Source of the DNA: Camelus ferus
Taxonomy: Eukaryota
Assembly: GCF_009834535.1 (NCBI RefSeq)
Contig: NC_045697.1
Coordinates: 39,062,001-39,126,000, forward strand
Length of the DNA stretch: 64,000 bases
Direction: 5' to 3'
Part shown: positions 1 through 13,554 of the stretch, in pieces
Layout of the letters: each line of letters starts with the position of its first letter
Position numbering within the stretch: position 1 is the stretch's first letter
Translations under genes and position numbers: made by a program
Notes under the pieces: generated by a model
What the model was told of the DNA's origin: nothing
The model's input: the letters and a program-made list of their open reading frames with translations, nothing else
Database searches by the model: none

Positions 1-956
1 AGAGCAGGAAGTGAGATTTTCAACAGGAAGGCAGCGCACAGAGACCAGTGATCTACGAGTATTTATTTATCCATTCAGTGAATACTTATTGAAAAGGAGA
101 TATTTTAGGGGCCATTCAAAGAGGCAGACCAGCACTGATCATGAGAAAAGTCTGATGGGGACTGAACTGGGATACCGATGAGGGTATGGAGGACCCCACT
201 CTGAGAGACTCTGATACCAAGCTAGGATCCTATGAATTAACACACATATGTTGAGCAACTACCATGTTATAGACACTGGAAATAAAGATCAAATTCTCTG
301 CCCTTCCAGAGCTTGGTTCTAGTAAGAAAGGTAAACAATAAAAGGGTAAATAAATAAAATGCACGGCATGTTTGTTAGGGATAAATGGTAGCAAGAAAAA
401 CAAAGCAGGGAAGGACAACAGAATTGGATGCAAAGGGGAGGGGCTGAAATTCAAAAGAGTGTGGCCTCTGAGAAGGTGACCTCTGAACTGAGGAGAGGAG
501 GAGATGAGCAGCGTGAACAGAGAGGTACAGGATAGTCTTTCAGAAAAGGAATAGAAAGCAGAACAAGGGACCTGAGCTGGGAGAGTAGCCAGGGTTCAAG
601 GAGGCCAGTGAGGTGAAGGGAAAAGGAACAAGGGGAAAGTGGTTCAGAATGTGGTCTGGGCTCTGCGAGAAGGCAGGAGGAAGCCCAGCTCATTCTGGGG
701 CTCCCTGGCTCGCCTCCCTCCCTTCTCTCAGCATTTAGGGAGCACCTCTGTGGCTTAAGCTGCAGACACTGTGTTCCATTTCCTGAACCAGAGCAAAAGC
801 TCAGGGCCCAACTGGCAGCAGGGTAGACAAAGGTGCCATCAACAGAACTGGACCAGGGTCTTAAATCCCTGTCTTCAGACATTATCAGTCTTGAAGCCAG
901 TGGGGCTCAAGGCCTACTGGTGGGTCTCCCCACAGAGGGCAAAAGAAGCTACAGAG

Positions 957-1110
957 GGGGAAAGGGTATAGCTCAAGTGGTAGAGCACATGCTTAGCATG
1001 CATGAGGTCCTGGGTTCAATCCCCAGTACCTTCTCTAAAAATAAATAAACCTAATTACCTCCCCACCAAAATAAAAAAAAAATTAAGTAATAAATAAATA
1101 ATATTAAAAA
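957..1110 (+). mobile_element. tRNA-derived SINE (camelid vic-1-like)
   Basis: GGGTATAGCTCAAGTGGTAGAG (A box) ... GGTTCAATCCCCAGTACC (B box), A-rich tail, 16-bp target-site duplication AAAAGAAGCTACAGAG at 941-956 and 1111-1126. Confidence 0.9.
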
Positions 1111-2579
1111 AAAAGAAGCTACAGAGAAGATCCTGGGGTTCCCAGATATATTGAACTAAAAGATATACAACTTGTAGGCAATACCTGTGCAAGATTCAAG
1201 CTTTAACAGAATAAAATGCACTCTAGATTTCTAAGCTGCTGAGAATTTGAAGTATCACTGGTCTAACCTCTTCATTTTTCAGACAAAACTCAAGTGATTT
1301 CTCAAAGCAACAGAGGGAAGGAGAAACAGTTTTCTAGCCTACCTGGCCAGTGCGCTTTCTAGTCTATCACCACTTCTTTCTTTACCTTCACCAAAAGTTT
1401 CAGAATAAGGTTGTAGATAGCAGAAAGCACTATTTTAAATTATGTTGTAAGTTCACTGTTAACTAAATGAGAAATAGAAACTGTCCTGACTCAGAGAACA
1501 AGAATTTTAGAGTCAGAGTTCAATTGTACAGGATTGGTTATATCAGGAAGAGATCCCTGGAGGTGCAAGCAGTAACAGGTACTACTGGAAATGTAACGTA
1601 AGGAACATGGGAGAAATGCCTGAAACATAAGTCCCTGACAGACCAAAGTCATCTCACTCCAGTGACAGTTAAGAGTGAACCTGAAACCCAATAGCGTCAG
1701 GATGGAGATACTGTACCCTAATTTTTAATCAACACAAACGTTGGGTAAGATATAACATTTCAAGCAGATTATTGAACTTCAGTGTGACATTAATGTGGGT
1801 TAAGTAAAACTAAGCTCTTTTCTAGAGAGAAAAATGAAACATGATTAGGAATAAAAAGCACATAGAAGCTTAAAAAACAGTATTTAACCAAACTTGTGAA
1901 ATAAATCTCTAGAGAAAAATATTACTAAGAACATATGATAATTAAAAATTTTTAAATGATTAATTAAATTTGTTGGAAATAATCCATATTCTCAAAATAA
2001 GAAAACAAACACTCATTCACATTTTAACACCTTTATCTTGCAGAAGATCTTAAATTTTGGATGCAGAAAAGTATGGCCTCTTGATAAACAATTAAGAATT
2101 CAAGTTCACAGCAACAGCTTCCCTCAAGGACAATTTCTACTGATTTGTAACTTGGCCTTGAATTTGACCTGTGGCCTTCATGTCATGATAATTTGGGTCA
2201 CTCTGAATATGCCATCTCTTGAACAAGGGCCTCTGCTAATTTTAAATGAATGCAGCTGCCGATTTTCCATTCTTTTATTTGCATCACAATATGTGGGAAT
2301 AAATTTGCAATTAATAAAACATTTCCAGTAAGCAGTCAGACTGAGGAGTTGAAGGACATTTATCTAGTAAGTTTAAAAAGAGACATTTCATTTTTGCCTT
2401 TTTGTACAAGAAAAAAGGAAAGAACGTCTATATCTTCGAGATTGTCTTTGAGACCAGAATTGTTCTCTGGGCTACAGCATCTAAAAAGCCATGCAACCTC
2501 AAATTAGGTTTTAGTTTAAAAAAATGAAATAATAAGTTTGAAAAAAAATGTAGAAAAGTTTGCACCAGGTCTACAAAAG

Positions 2580-2725
2580 TTTTTTCTCCCTTTTTTCCTT
2601 CCTTCTCTCTTTCTTTCCTTCCCTCCTCCATTCTTCTCTTTCATTTTTTTTTCTTTCCCTCTCTTCTATGTTCTTTTTCTTTCCTTTTTCCTTCCTTTCT
2701 GCATTTCTTTCGTTTCCTCTTTATC
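2580..2725. repeat. CT-rich low-complexity tract
   Basis: Nearly pure pyrimidine run of TTTC/TTCC units. Confidence 0.85.
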
Positions 2726-3974
2726 TTGATGAAAAGTTTGATTCATAGGGAGGGCTTGCATTTAGTATTAAATATTAATACCTTTGGTAGTTAAACATAT
2801 TAGGGCTTTCATTCCATCTTGAATTTGACACTGGAAAATTAATAATATATTGTCTAGGTTTAGGAAAACAGGTTTACTGAAGAAGAGACCAAGAAAGTAA
2901 GGCGTCTGGAAGCTTTCTCATAAGCTAGACAAGTGAAGGAAGTTGAAAGAGAAGGAACTGAAGGGGCTGGAGGATGAATTAGGGAAGTCTCAATAGATGA
3001 GTTTTGAGGCTTGCTGTTTTCACCTTGTATAATGTTCCGTTCTCAGTTTTCCACCTGTTGAAATTCTCCTAATTCCCCAAGGCTAGACTGGATAATCACC
3101 TACTGTGAGAATTTTCTAGATCCACTTAGTTAGAAACTATCTCCCTACTCTGAATTCTCCTGGCACTTGCTGCTGCCTTTATTATAATACTAGTGATAGT
3201 CCAGCTTCTCCAGATCTGGTTAGTCAGGGCCTTGAATGGCATACAAAGAGGTTTAAAGGGAGCCATTCATTTTCTGAGGACAGCTGTGATTTAAGGTTAT
3301 CAAAGGCAGACTAATAAGACGTTTCTGGTGTAAACAGAAGGGAAGGAGTGCATGAGACTACTTTCTCTCAACATACTATGTGCCAGGTAACATGCATGGT
3401 CACCCTACTTTATAAATATATGGAGGCAGGGTACTCTCGGAGACTTGCTCACGAAGCAGCCTCTACGTCCTCACCACTCTCTTTATCCTCTGTAATCTGA
3501 GGGTAAATGCTACACTGAAATCGTGCTTTGAAGGCTAAGCATTGACCTGCTACCTGCCACGTCTAGGTACTTGTCCCTTCTTTCCTCATTCTTTCAACTT
3601 TAGTCCCAGATCTTCCCGAAACATTTTCTGACAACTCAGGAACTGCTTGCCTTTTTCTAGCTTACTGTTTAAAATTTGGAAGGTATACCTATTTTTAAAT
3701 CGTAGACCTTTAAAACGAAGCCTAATTAGTTAAGGGTGGCTATAGTGGAGACTTGAAGAGATTCTGAAGGGTATTTTCGAGTGCTTTAGACTTGAAAAGG
3801 GCGGATAACAATGCTTCTAAAGAGGACGTCAAAGCCTGTACATTTTTCTTTTAACAGGTCTATTCTCATGCATTCAGCCAGGGCTGGAGGATAACTTTTT
3901 TTGTTGTTTGTTTACGAAGGAAATGAAGAAAGGGAGCGGGGCTCGCCTCTTTTTTGACCTAAGAGCTAAGGTGA

Positions 3975-5650
3975 GGGGGCCGGGCGAATTACGCGCAGCC
4001 CCGCCTAAGCGCGCCCCGAGCCCAGCCGGGGCCCAAAGCAACCCCCTTCTCTCAGGGGCGGGGCGGGGCGGGCCAGGCGCGCGCGCCGGCGAGGGGGCGG
4101 GTCCCGCGGGCGGCGGCGGCGGCGGCGGCTGCGGCGGCGGCGCGGGCCGGGTGCGCGGCGTAGCCTCCTGTGTTGGAATGTGTGGCTCCCGCGAGCTCGC
4201 GGCGCAGCGACCCAGCAAGCGCCGTCGAGGCCCCTGACCCCAGACCCCGGCGGTGGCGGAGGCGGCGACGGCCAGGCGAGAACCGGTGGCCTCAATACTC
4301 TGTGCAGCCCCACTCCTGCGTCTTCGCGGGCCTCGACGGCCCCAGCGTCCAACTTTTCCACCCTCCCTCTCCCCTCCCCCGAAACTCCAGCAACAAAGAA
4401 AAGTAGTCGGTGTAGGAGCTGCGACGCCGGGTCGTCACTCCCTCCTCGTCAGGGAAGGCCGGTAAGCGCGACGCGGTCTGAGGACGGTGGCGGGGAGGGG
4501 AGAGGACGGGAGGGCCGTCCGGGCGGCGGCGGGAGGGGGAGGGGGAGGGCGCGGAAGGACGCGGAGCGAGGCGCTGTCCAGGGCTGATTTGCAGATACTA
4601 TGGCTCCGGCGGCGGCGGCCCGGGCAGGCGGGGGCGAGCAACCGCGCGGGATCGGGTTACACAGCCGCGGCCCGGGGGCTGGGCCGGGGGCGTCCGTGGA
4701 GAGCGGCTCGGCGCCAGGACCCCCTCCCCAGCTGAGGCCTGGCCGCCGCCTCCGCGCGGGCCCGGGCGTCCCTCGGAGTTGGGTCCTGTGGCGAGGAGCG
4801 GAGCAGCTTGGGGCCCTAGTCCTGAAACTTCCTCTCGTCGTCCTCCGGCTCCGGGTCCCGCCGCAGCCCCTCGCCTGCCGGCTGCCCTCCCGTCCCCCTC
4901 CCTCCGGCCTCTCCCTTTCGCCGGAAGGCGCCGTTGAGTGCGGCCGGGCGGGTTGAGTCAGCCCGGGGCCCGGGCGGTTCCGCCAATGGGGCTGGACAGC
5001 GGTTTCTGCGCTCCGGCCGCCCGGCCGGCCGGGTCCTCGGCGCCGGGCCACCTCGCGGGCTGGGACGGCGGGGCCCGGGCGCGCGTCCCCCGGGGCGCCG
5101 TTGGGGAGTGAGCCCGCAAACTTCCGGGGCGCGGGGGGCGGCCGGCGCGCTTGGGGCCCCCTCCGGCTCTCGGGGCCCGGCGCCCTGGGAGGGCGCCCGC
5201 GGAGGCTCCCCGGCCCTCTGCTGAGGGCGAGCCCAGCGCCGGTGAGGAGCCGGGACGGCGCGACGCGGTAACTTTTCTCCCTCTTCCTGGACTCGGGCTC
5301 TTGGGCCGGGAGGGGGCAGCCTGAACTGGGGAAGACTGGGTCCGGCCCAGCGGCTCCCCGAGTTTGCCTATCTTGCCTTCTTTAGTGTTGGGGAGCCCAG
5401 GAAAAGCTTCAGGACGAGAGTTGGGGAACTCGGCGAGTTGGGGTGTCGGTGTGTGGCAGTGAGTGGGCCGAGCCGAGAGGAAGCGAGAGCGCCCGAGTTT
5501 GCAGAGAGCTGCTTTGTGTTTGGTACGTATTTTGAGAAAATGGCCGAATGCCTATTTCAGTCCGGAATGCCGCCGCCGAGGCAGGCGCTGGTGGCAGCAG
5601 CACGCAGGAATTCGTGCAGCACGTTGGGTTTCCGGGCTGTGCTTGGACGA
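3975..5650 (+). promoter_or_regulatory. REST: REST CpG-island promoter region
   Basis: Very GC- and CpG-rich; tandem GC boxes GGGGCGGGGCGGGGCGGG at about 4055-4072; (GGC)n run at about 4110-4142; lies upstream of the REST coding exons. Confidence 0.92.
4110..4461 (+). other. REST: REST non-coding first exon (1a); 5' end approximate
   Basis: Resembles the mammalian REST 5' UTR (GAAACTCCAGCAACAAAGAAAAG) and ends at strong donor CCG|GTAAGC (4461/4462). Further donor-like sites at 5241/5242 (CCG|GTGAGG) and 5726/5727 (TGG|GTAAGT) may serve alternative first exons. Confidence 0.75.
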
Positions 5651-6245
5651 TCTTCCTGACCAACGTGCAAATTCCTTTAGAGTTGGTAGTTAGGGTTTGG
5701 GGAGTATGAAAAAAGTCGATGTTTGGGTAAGTTACCGAGTAGCCTGGCTGTTAAGCACTTGAACAGCTTTTGCTTTGTGTGATGGCATTTGATTCCAACT
5801 TTCGTTGGTACGTGAAACTCAACCGGTTTGGGTTTGTACAGTCGGTGAAACGGATTACTTTTTTGGGTTTAACGTAATTTTTTTAGTCCTTATCAATTAT
5901 TTTGCTTTTTCCAATTTGCAAGAGAAGACCTAATTTGAGAATAACACCTTTTAGATTGGAAAGTAACATGGTTAAGGCAGTCTATTAAAAAGTCCAACAT
6001 GTTTTCAGGGTGATCTTGTAATGGCTCCACTAGGCAGTTGGGCCAAGTCAAGCACAATGCAAGAAAGTTGCTGATTGTGAAGATGAGTTGACCAGTTACT
6101 TTATTATAGGGTTTGAAAGTTTCTTTACTTTCATGTGTGAGGTTTTGAATACAAACTTAACCTTTTCAAAGGAAAAAAGTCCATAATTTTTGTTTATTTT
6201 AAAGAGATTGTCGTTAAAAAAACAGAAACTTAAGTTTTCAAAGCA

Positions 6246-9200
6246 CAGTGGATCCTTGAACAAGAGGAATTTGATCTGCATGGGTCTATTTGTAGATTTT
6301 TTTTTTCAATAAATATATTGGAAAATTTCTTGGAGATATGCAACATTTTGAAAAAATTTACAGACAATACACATAGCCTAGAAATATCAAAAAGAAAAAG
6401 GTGCATCATGAGTGCATAAAGTATATGTAGGTACTGGAATATTTGTATCATTTACTACCATTAAATACATACAAATCTAATAAAAAGTTAAAATTGATCA
6501 AAACTTACCCAAACACACTACTCATGGCATCATTTCTAATCTAGAGAAATGTAAACAAATGTAAAGATGCAATATTAACTCATAACGCCATAAAATTAAC
6601 TATAGTTCGTACTGTACTATTGTAATAATTTTGCGGCCACTTCCTGTTAATAATTCAGTGAGCTCAAGGGTTGTAAGTAACTACTTAAAACATGGGGTGA
6701 TGCTAATCATTTCCTTGTGAGCAGACTCTCCAGTAAATTGTGAACCTGTTCAGTGCAATACTGAAAACCTTGGATAACACCAAGGACTCATAGTGACACT
6801 AGTAATGCTGGAAGTGCTCCCAAAGAAAGAGTAGTTACGACTAAGAAAAAGTTGAATTGCTTGATAATGTACGCAGAGGTTGATGTCTGCACTTGAAGTT
6901 GCCCACTACTTCAGGATAAAAGATTCCACCCTAAGGACCAATGTTTAAAAAAAAAAAGAAAATTCGTGAAGTCATCACTGCAGCTATGCCAGCAGGCCTG
7001 AAAACCTTGCACATTTTGGGAAATTACTTTTTATCTTGTATTAAAATGTAGCTTTTATGTGGGTGCAGGATTGCTGTAAGAAAGGCATATGTATGGACTG
7101 TAAAATGATTTGAGAAAAACCATGAAGAATATCATTGAGAAATAATATCAGCCTCAACAGGTTTTTCATGCAGACAGAAGTGCCCTATTCTGGGAAAAAA
7201 GTGCCACAAAGAATATTTATTAATAAGAGAAGCAAGCACGAGGATTTAAGGCAGGAAAGGATAGGCTGACTCAATGTTTTGTGCAACTATAGTGGGGTTT
7301 ATGATCAGGACTGCACTTATCTGTAAAGCTGCTAGCCCCCAAGCCTTGAAGAGAAAAGATAAACACCAGCTGCCAGTCTTTTGGTTGTGCTACAGTAAGA
7401 AGGCTTGAACAACGAGAACCCTTTTTTCTGGATTGGTTGCATCAATGCTTAGTCTCTGAAGTCAAGAAATAAATTGCCAGTAAGGGACTGCCTTTTAAAG
7501 TATTTTGATTTGGGCAGTACCCCTGGCCATACAGAACCCTGTGAGTTTGACACTGAAGCTGTCAGAATGGTCTGCTTGCCCCCAAACACACTGTCTTTAA
7601 TTCAGCCTGTAGATCTCAGGGGATGTTAAGCATTTTAAAGAGGCTCATTACACATAGTATTCTGTGGAAAGATTGTCAGTGCTATGGAATGGAACCCAGA
7701 TAGAACATCATGAAATTCTGGAAGGATTGCACCATTGAGGATGCCATTGTTATAGAAAAAGCTGTGAACGTCATTAAGCCTGAAAAAATAAATTCCTGCC
7801 ATAGAAAACCTTCCAGATACTGTGTATGACTTCACATGATTTATGACAGAGCCAATCAAAGAAATGGGAAAAAGATTCTAGATACGGCAAAAAAAAAAAA
7901 AAAAAAAAGTGAAGTGTTTCAACATAGGGATAGGGATCCAGAGAAAATTCAGCAGCTAATAAATACGTCAGAGGAATTAAGATGCCTTGATGGAGATGAG
8001 TACTTTTCCAACCAGTGCCAGACTTTGAAGAATAAGATGTAGAAGAAGCAGTACCAGAAAACAAATTGATATTCTGGCAGAAGGGTTCCGATTATTCAAG
8101 ATTGTTTTTGACCTATAACGTGGACTCTTCTATGATATGGGCACTGAAACTAAAGCAAATGGTAGAAGAAGAATTAGTACCACTGTAGAAACGCTTTGGG
8201 AGGAATGCTAAGGCAAAAAAGTTAGGCAGAAATTAGGATGTATTTTTGTCAAGTCATACAAGTATGCCTGCTTCTCCTGCCTTCCCATCCACCTCTTCCA
8301 CCCCTGAGACTGCAAGACCAGCCTCTTCCTCCTCCTCAGCCTCCATGTGAATGAAGACCACTAGGATACAGACCTTTATGATGACCCACTTCTACGTAAT
8401 GAGTAGCAAATAATCATCATGCTGTACAGTTAATACACTTGCTTGGTGTGTGTGTGTGTGTTGTGAAAATCTAGTAACTATGGCTAGAGCCCTGAAATGT
8501 TTTTGTCATCATCTTTATCTCCTGAGTGTTCATTGTGTAGAACAAGGTTTGCAAGACTTGTATTGAAGTGGATAGCCTATCCTTACATAGGTATAAAATG
8601 ATTGGTATTTAATATAAAGTTGACAGTTTGTTTTCCTACTGTTTTATAACTTTGTTTTCAAATAATTACATTACTGTACAGTATGCTTTTTTCTTAATTG
8701 GTCATCTGTTTATCAGTCTGCCATCATAGGTAAGTTTTTTTTTTTTAGTGTAACGGTGTTTACAACACTGTATTATGAATATGGCTGTAATACTGTATGC
8801 CATAAAAATGTTAAAAATGATTCATTCATTTGCATGTATGCTAGGCTACCAGGAAGCAATCATATTGCTGCTCACATCAGTGCATAAATTGTTATACCTC
8901 TAAATAAATATGAATTTCTTTTTCACATTGTCTTTTTTTTTGGTATCTAGTATTTGTACTTTTTTTTGACATCTACAGTATTTTGTATCATAGAAGACAA
9001 TATGGATGTAGATACTGATGATTCATCTTGTACACAAACTTATGGTATCATTAAATATAGTACTGTAAATGTGTTTTCTCTTATGATTTTCTTAAGCTTA
9101 CTTTGTTGTAAGAATACATATAACATGCAAAATATGTGTTAATCCGCTGTGTTATTGGTAAGGCTTCTGGTCAGCAGTAGGCTATTGGTAGTTAAGTTTT

Positions 9201-9439
9201 TGTGGAGTCAAAAGTTATCCTCAAAGTGGGAAGGATATAGCTAAAGTGGTAGAGTGCATGCTTAGCAGTCACAGGGTCATGAGTTCAATCCCCAGTACCT
9301 CCTCTAAAAATAAGTAAATAAACCTAATTACCACCCCCAACCAAAAAATAAAAATAAAAACCGAAAAAAGTTATTCTCAGATTTTGGACTAAACCAGGAA
9401 GTCAGTGCCCTAAACCCTTTGTTGTTCAAGGATCAGCTC
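6246..9439 (+). mobile_element. Near full-length Tigger2-type DNA transposon (TcMar-Tigger), decayed
   Basis: Inverted termini CAGTGGATCCTTGAACAA (6246) and TTGTTCAAGGATCAGCT (9422-9438); interior gives broken pogo-like transposase fragments (QVFHADRSALFW, KQARGFKAGKDRLT). Confidence 0.8.
9226..9365 (+). mobile_element. tRNA-derived SINE (vic-1-like) nested in Tigger2
   Basis: A/B boxes, A-rich tail, TSD AAAAGTTATCCTCA / AAAAGTTATTCTCA (9210-9223, 9366-9379). Confidence 0.85.
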
Positions 9440-9997
9440 TAGTTTATTCTTTTGTGGTTAATTGAGTTCATATGAGGTTTAAACTATTGACCAATTATTA
9501 CAGGGTTCTACTTTCCAGACTGTACTTAATAAAATGCAGAGTTGACTTGGATTTTTCACCTTTCTGATTCAGACCAGTAAACTGTTGAAGCAGGAGTTGG
9601 GAGGATAGCATGTATGGAATTCATGTATGGAATTTAAAATATAATTTAAATTAACACTAAAAATGAAGGTGACATTTTTCTACCAGAAAAATTAGAAGTG
9701 CTTGAGGGAAGGCACACCTGTAGTAGACCTGGAAGAGTTATGTCAGACAATTGAAAGAATTTTTCTTAGGGGTTGTAGAATTTTTTTCAGTGACTACAGT
9801 AAAGAGAATTTGGAATTAAAATATATTTTAAAGGCTTATTTTCAGTAATGAAGCTGATTGAGTTTAAAGAGTATATCTGAAAATGTATTTAAGTTACAAA
9901 GAATTACAGTGATGTTTTGGTTTTAGACCAGTAAAAGTTGTAATTTAAAGTGGTGCTTTTGTGTTTTTTTGTTTTGTTTTGAATACAGAACACAGTT

Positions 9998-10892
9998 ATG
10001 GCCACCCAGGTAATGGGACAGTCTTCCGGAGGAGGAGGGCTGTTCCCCGGCAGTGGTAGCATTGGCATGGCCTTGTCTAATGACATGTACGACTTGCCTG
10101 ATCTCTCCAGAGCAGAACTGGCTGCACCTCAGCTCATCATGTTGGCAAATGTGGCCCTAACTGGAGAAGTAAATGGCAGCTGCTGTGATTACCTGGTTGG
10201 CGAAGAAAGACAGATGGCAGAATTGATGCCTGTTGGGGATAACAATTTTTCAGATAGTGATGGAGAAGGACTTGAGGAGTCTCCTGAAGCGAAAGGTGAA
10301 CACAGTGGACTGGAAAACATGGAACTGGAGAGTTTGGAACTCAGTGTTGTGGAACCACAGCCTGTGTTTGAGGTATCAGCTGCCCCAGAAACGTACAGCT
10401 CAAATGAAGATCTTCCTTCAGAAACACCTGTAGCAGAGGACAAATGCAAGAACTTGAAGACCAAACCCTTTCGCTGTAAACCATGCCAATATGAAGCAGA
10501 ATCTGAAGAACAGTTTGTGCATCACATCCGAGTTCATAGTGCCAAGAAATTTTTTGTGGAAGAAAGTGCAGAGAAGCAAGCAAAAGCCAGGGAATCCGGC
10601 TCTTCCACTGCAGAAGAGGGAGATTTCTCCAAGGGCCCCATCCGCTGTGACCGCTGCGGCTACAATACCAATCGATATGATCACTATACCGCTCACCTGA
10701 AACACCACACCAGAGCCGGGGATAATGAGCGAGTCTACAAGTGCATCATTTGCACGTACACCACAGTAAGCGAATATCACTGGAGGAAACACTTGAGAAA
10801 CCATTTTCCAAGGAAAGTATACACATGTGGAAAATGCAACTATTTTTCAGACAGAAAAAACAACTATGTTCAGCATGTTCGAACTCATACGG
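9998..10892 (+). CDS. REST: RE1-silencing transcription factor, first coding exon (exon 2; exon starts 9989)
   Basis: MATQVMGQSSGGGGLF..., SIN3-binding APQLIMLANVALTGE, C2H2 fingers; acceptor TACAG| at 9988, donor ACGG|GTAAGC at 10892/10893. Confidence 0.98.
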
Positions 10893-12689
10893 GTAAGCGG
10901 ACCTTTCTCCTTTATAAGTGTTCTCTATCCAAAAAATGGAACAGTCTCAAAAATGTGAGAAATTTCAAACACCTCAGAAGTAAACAGAATGCCCTACTGC
11001 ACCCACAGGTACCCATCACCTATACTTAAGTTATCTGTATTTTGTCACATTTGGCAATTCATTTTTTAAACATAATAGCTTTATTAAGATGTACTCCACT
11101 ACCTCAGAATTCATCCATTTAAAATTGGAACGCATTGGTTTTAGTATAGTCACAGAATTATACAGCCAACACCCCAATCAGTTTTAGGACATTCTCACCC
11201 CAAGAAGGAACCCCTATCAGTGGTCATTCCCTTTTCTTCCCATCAGCCCTTTATTATTTCCTTTTAAATTGACTTTCAAATCTTTACAATTCAGGAGTCT
11301 CCTTATTTAAAAGAAACATTTGTAGCTATTTATAGTTAATTTTCTTATTTACATTACTTTTTCCTGTTATGAATTGGTACTTTTGAGGACTGATTACTGG
11401 TCTGAGCGAAATGGATAGGGTAATGTGGTACTGTATTCTTTGCATCACAAGTGAAAAGGGGCTGTGGGATGCTGTTTACATCAGATCCCTTTTGCAGGAG
11501 TTAATCACTCTGTGGGACTGAACCCCAGGCTAAGTGGATCATAGTGAGAAGGGGAATTGATGTTGATTTACATGGTAGACATAAATAATAAAACTTGTAG
11601 ATGAAATTCCATTACAAGAAAGACATTTTCAGCAGGATTCTAAGCCCCAGCAGATGGCTTCTGTGTAATTTAGAGCTTTAAAATCTAGTCAAGTAAAAGA
11701 ATTTGCATTCTCTTTGCAATTTGTTATAGCCTGTGATTAATTGTCTCCAGGCTTTAAAACCATTTTATTTCAAAAGTAAAAAAAATTCAAACATGTCAAA
11801 ACTGCATGACATAGGAAATGAAAGTTGGGAATCTAGACCATTAATCCCTTAACAGTTTTAGTTAAACAAACTGCTAGATTTAACTAAGCTTACCTGCAAT
11901 ATCCCAGATACCATATATACTTTAGCCATAAGTACTTTATATTCTTTTAACAGTTTTTTTAAAACCTCGGGAACTAATTTAGAATTGGCTGTTATCTGTA
12001 GAGCTTTAAGATGGTAACTATGACATAAGGTCAAGTGCATGACTTTTGTGTGTACACCCTCATGAATTTTTTTGATTGAGGTATAACTTGACAATGATGA
12101 ATTACTACAAATATTTGTGTTCATAATCACCATGCAAGTCAACATAAAGAATATTACCAGCCATCCCATTTCCTTTGCCTCATTAAATTTTGATTTGGGG
12201 GGGGGTCAGTTATATTTTGATGATTTCAAAATTATTGAGTCACTGAACAATTTAAAAAATTTTCCAAAAACCTAAAAATATTTTCAACAATAAATCTAAA
12301 TTATTTGATTTAAGGACTTTTTTTAGAAGAAAAAAAGGAAAATGGAGAGAATTGGAGAAATTTCAGTTTTGGTGTGTAATTTCAATTTTTTATGTAAAAA
12401 AATTTTTTTAAACAGGAACTCTTACTTTTTGCCATTTCTTAATTTTTTTTGTGATAGTGGTTTATTTTAATTTAATTACAGTCTAGGTGACTAATTTTAA
12501 TGGCTTATTTTATATACTTCATCATCCATTACTTTTGCTCTACATTAATTTAAGGTTTCCACAGTAAGGTTATGACTTACATAGCTAACATTGGTTTTAT
12601 ATATCTCATTACATGTTTTAGCATTAAACTTACTTGGTTTAATACTTTTTAGAAAACTTTCACCTCCTGGTATTACCTTGTGTTTTTTT

Positions 12690-12870
12690 AAAAATATATT
12701 TTTATTGAAGTATAGTCAGTTTACAATGTTATGTCAATTTCTGGTGTGCAGCACAATGCTTCAGTCATATAGGAACATAACATACATACATTCATTTTCA
12801 TATTCTTTTTAACCATAAGTTACTATAAGATAATGAATATGGTTCCCTATGCTATACAGTATAAAGTGTT
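12690..12870 (-). mobile_element. L1 3' end fragment
   Basis: TTTTTATTGAAGTATAGTCAGTTTACAATGTT...CCCTATGCTATACAGTA, typical antisense L1 3' terminus. Confidence 0.7.
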
Positions 12871-13554
12871 TTTTTTTTTTAAACAATTTGCTGGTGTATA
12901 AATAGAAGGATAATATTTTGATTAGTAAATTCTGAGAGGGTCACTGCTGTTAATTGCACAGTTCTGAAAATTGTATTTATGGAAAAATAAATTCATTGAA
13001 TGCTGTAGAGCAGAGGTAAATGATCATCATTGGAAATCACATGTTTCTCATTTCTCACTTAGGTGGTAGCCTACTGTAAGATTCACTTAGTAGGTTTCTT
13101 ATGTTCTTGATTGAGTACTCAGGGTTAGGTCATTTCTTCTCTATGCTTATCTTCAGAACAATTTAGTGAAAAAAACAGGGTAAGTGTTCATGAGAGAACC
13201 TCCGCCTAAAGTGATTTGCCCAAGGTCACATGCAACTAAGATTGAAAGTTCCAAATCACTTTTTATGGGTCATTATCTTGGTGGAGTCTGAGGATTTTCA
13301 TTTGAGTCTTCAATCAAGAGATTTTTTATTTTGTGGTTTTGATAGTTAACCAGTTCAGAATTTCTGCTTTAAAAAGTGACATTTTTGTATGTGTGATTGA
13401 AAAATTACTAGTTTTTCTAGAGTATTTATGCCTATTTTGGTGAATTGCACAAATAGAAGCAATCTATTTTGTTATAAAGAATTTAAAAGTAAATTATCCT
13501 TAGTTGATCCTTCATGTTAATCTGTAATGCTATTTTTTTTCCTTCCATTAACTT

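Noticed and set aside
957..1030. tRNA-Ala gene-like sequences
   Set aside because: A-rich tails, target-site duplications and six diverged copies show they are SINEs, not tRNA genes.
3874..5224. Many overlapping 70-200 aa ORFs in the REST CpG island
   Set aside because: Low-complexity Gly/Pro/Arg translations expected from GC-rich DNA; no recognisable domain.
10893..11029. Last 44 codons of the 343-aa REST ORF
   Set aside because: Read-through into intron 2 past a canonical GTAAG donor.
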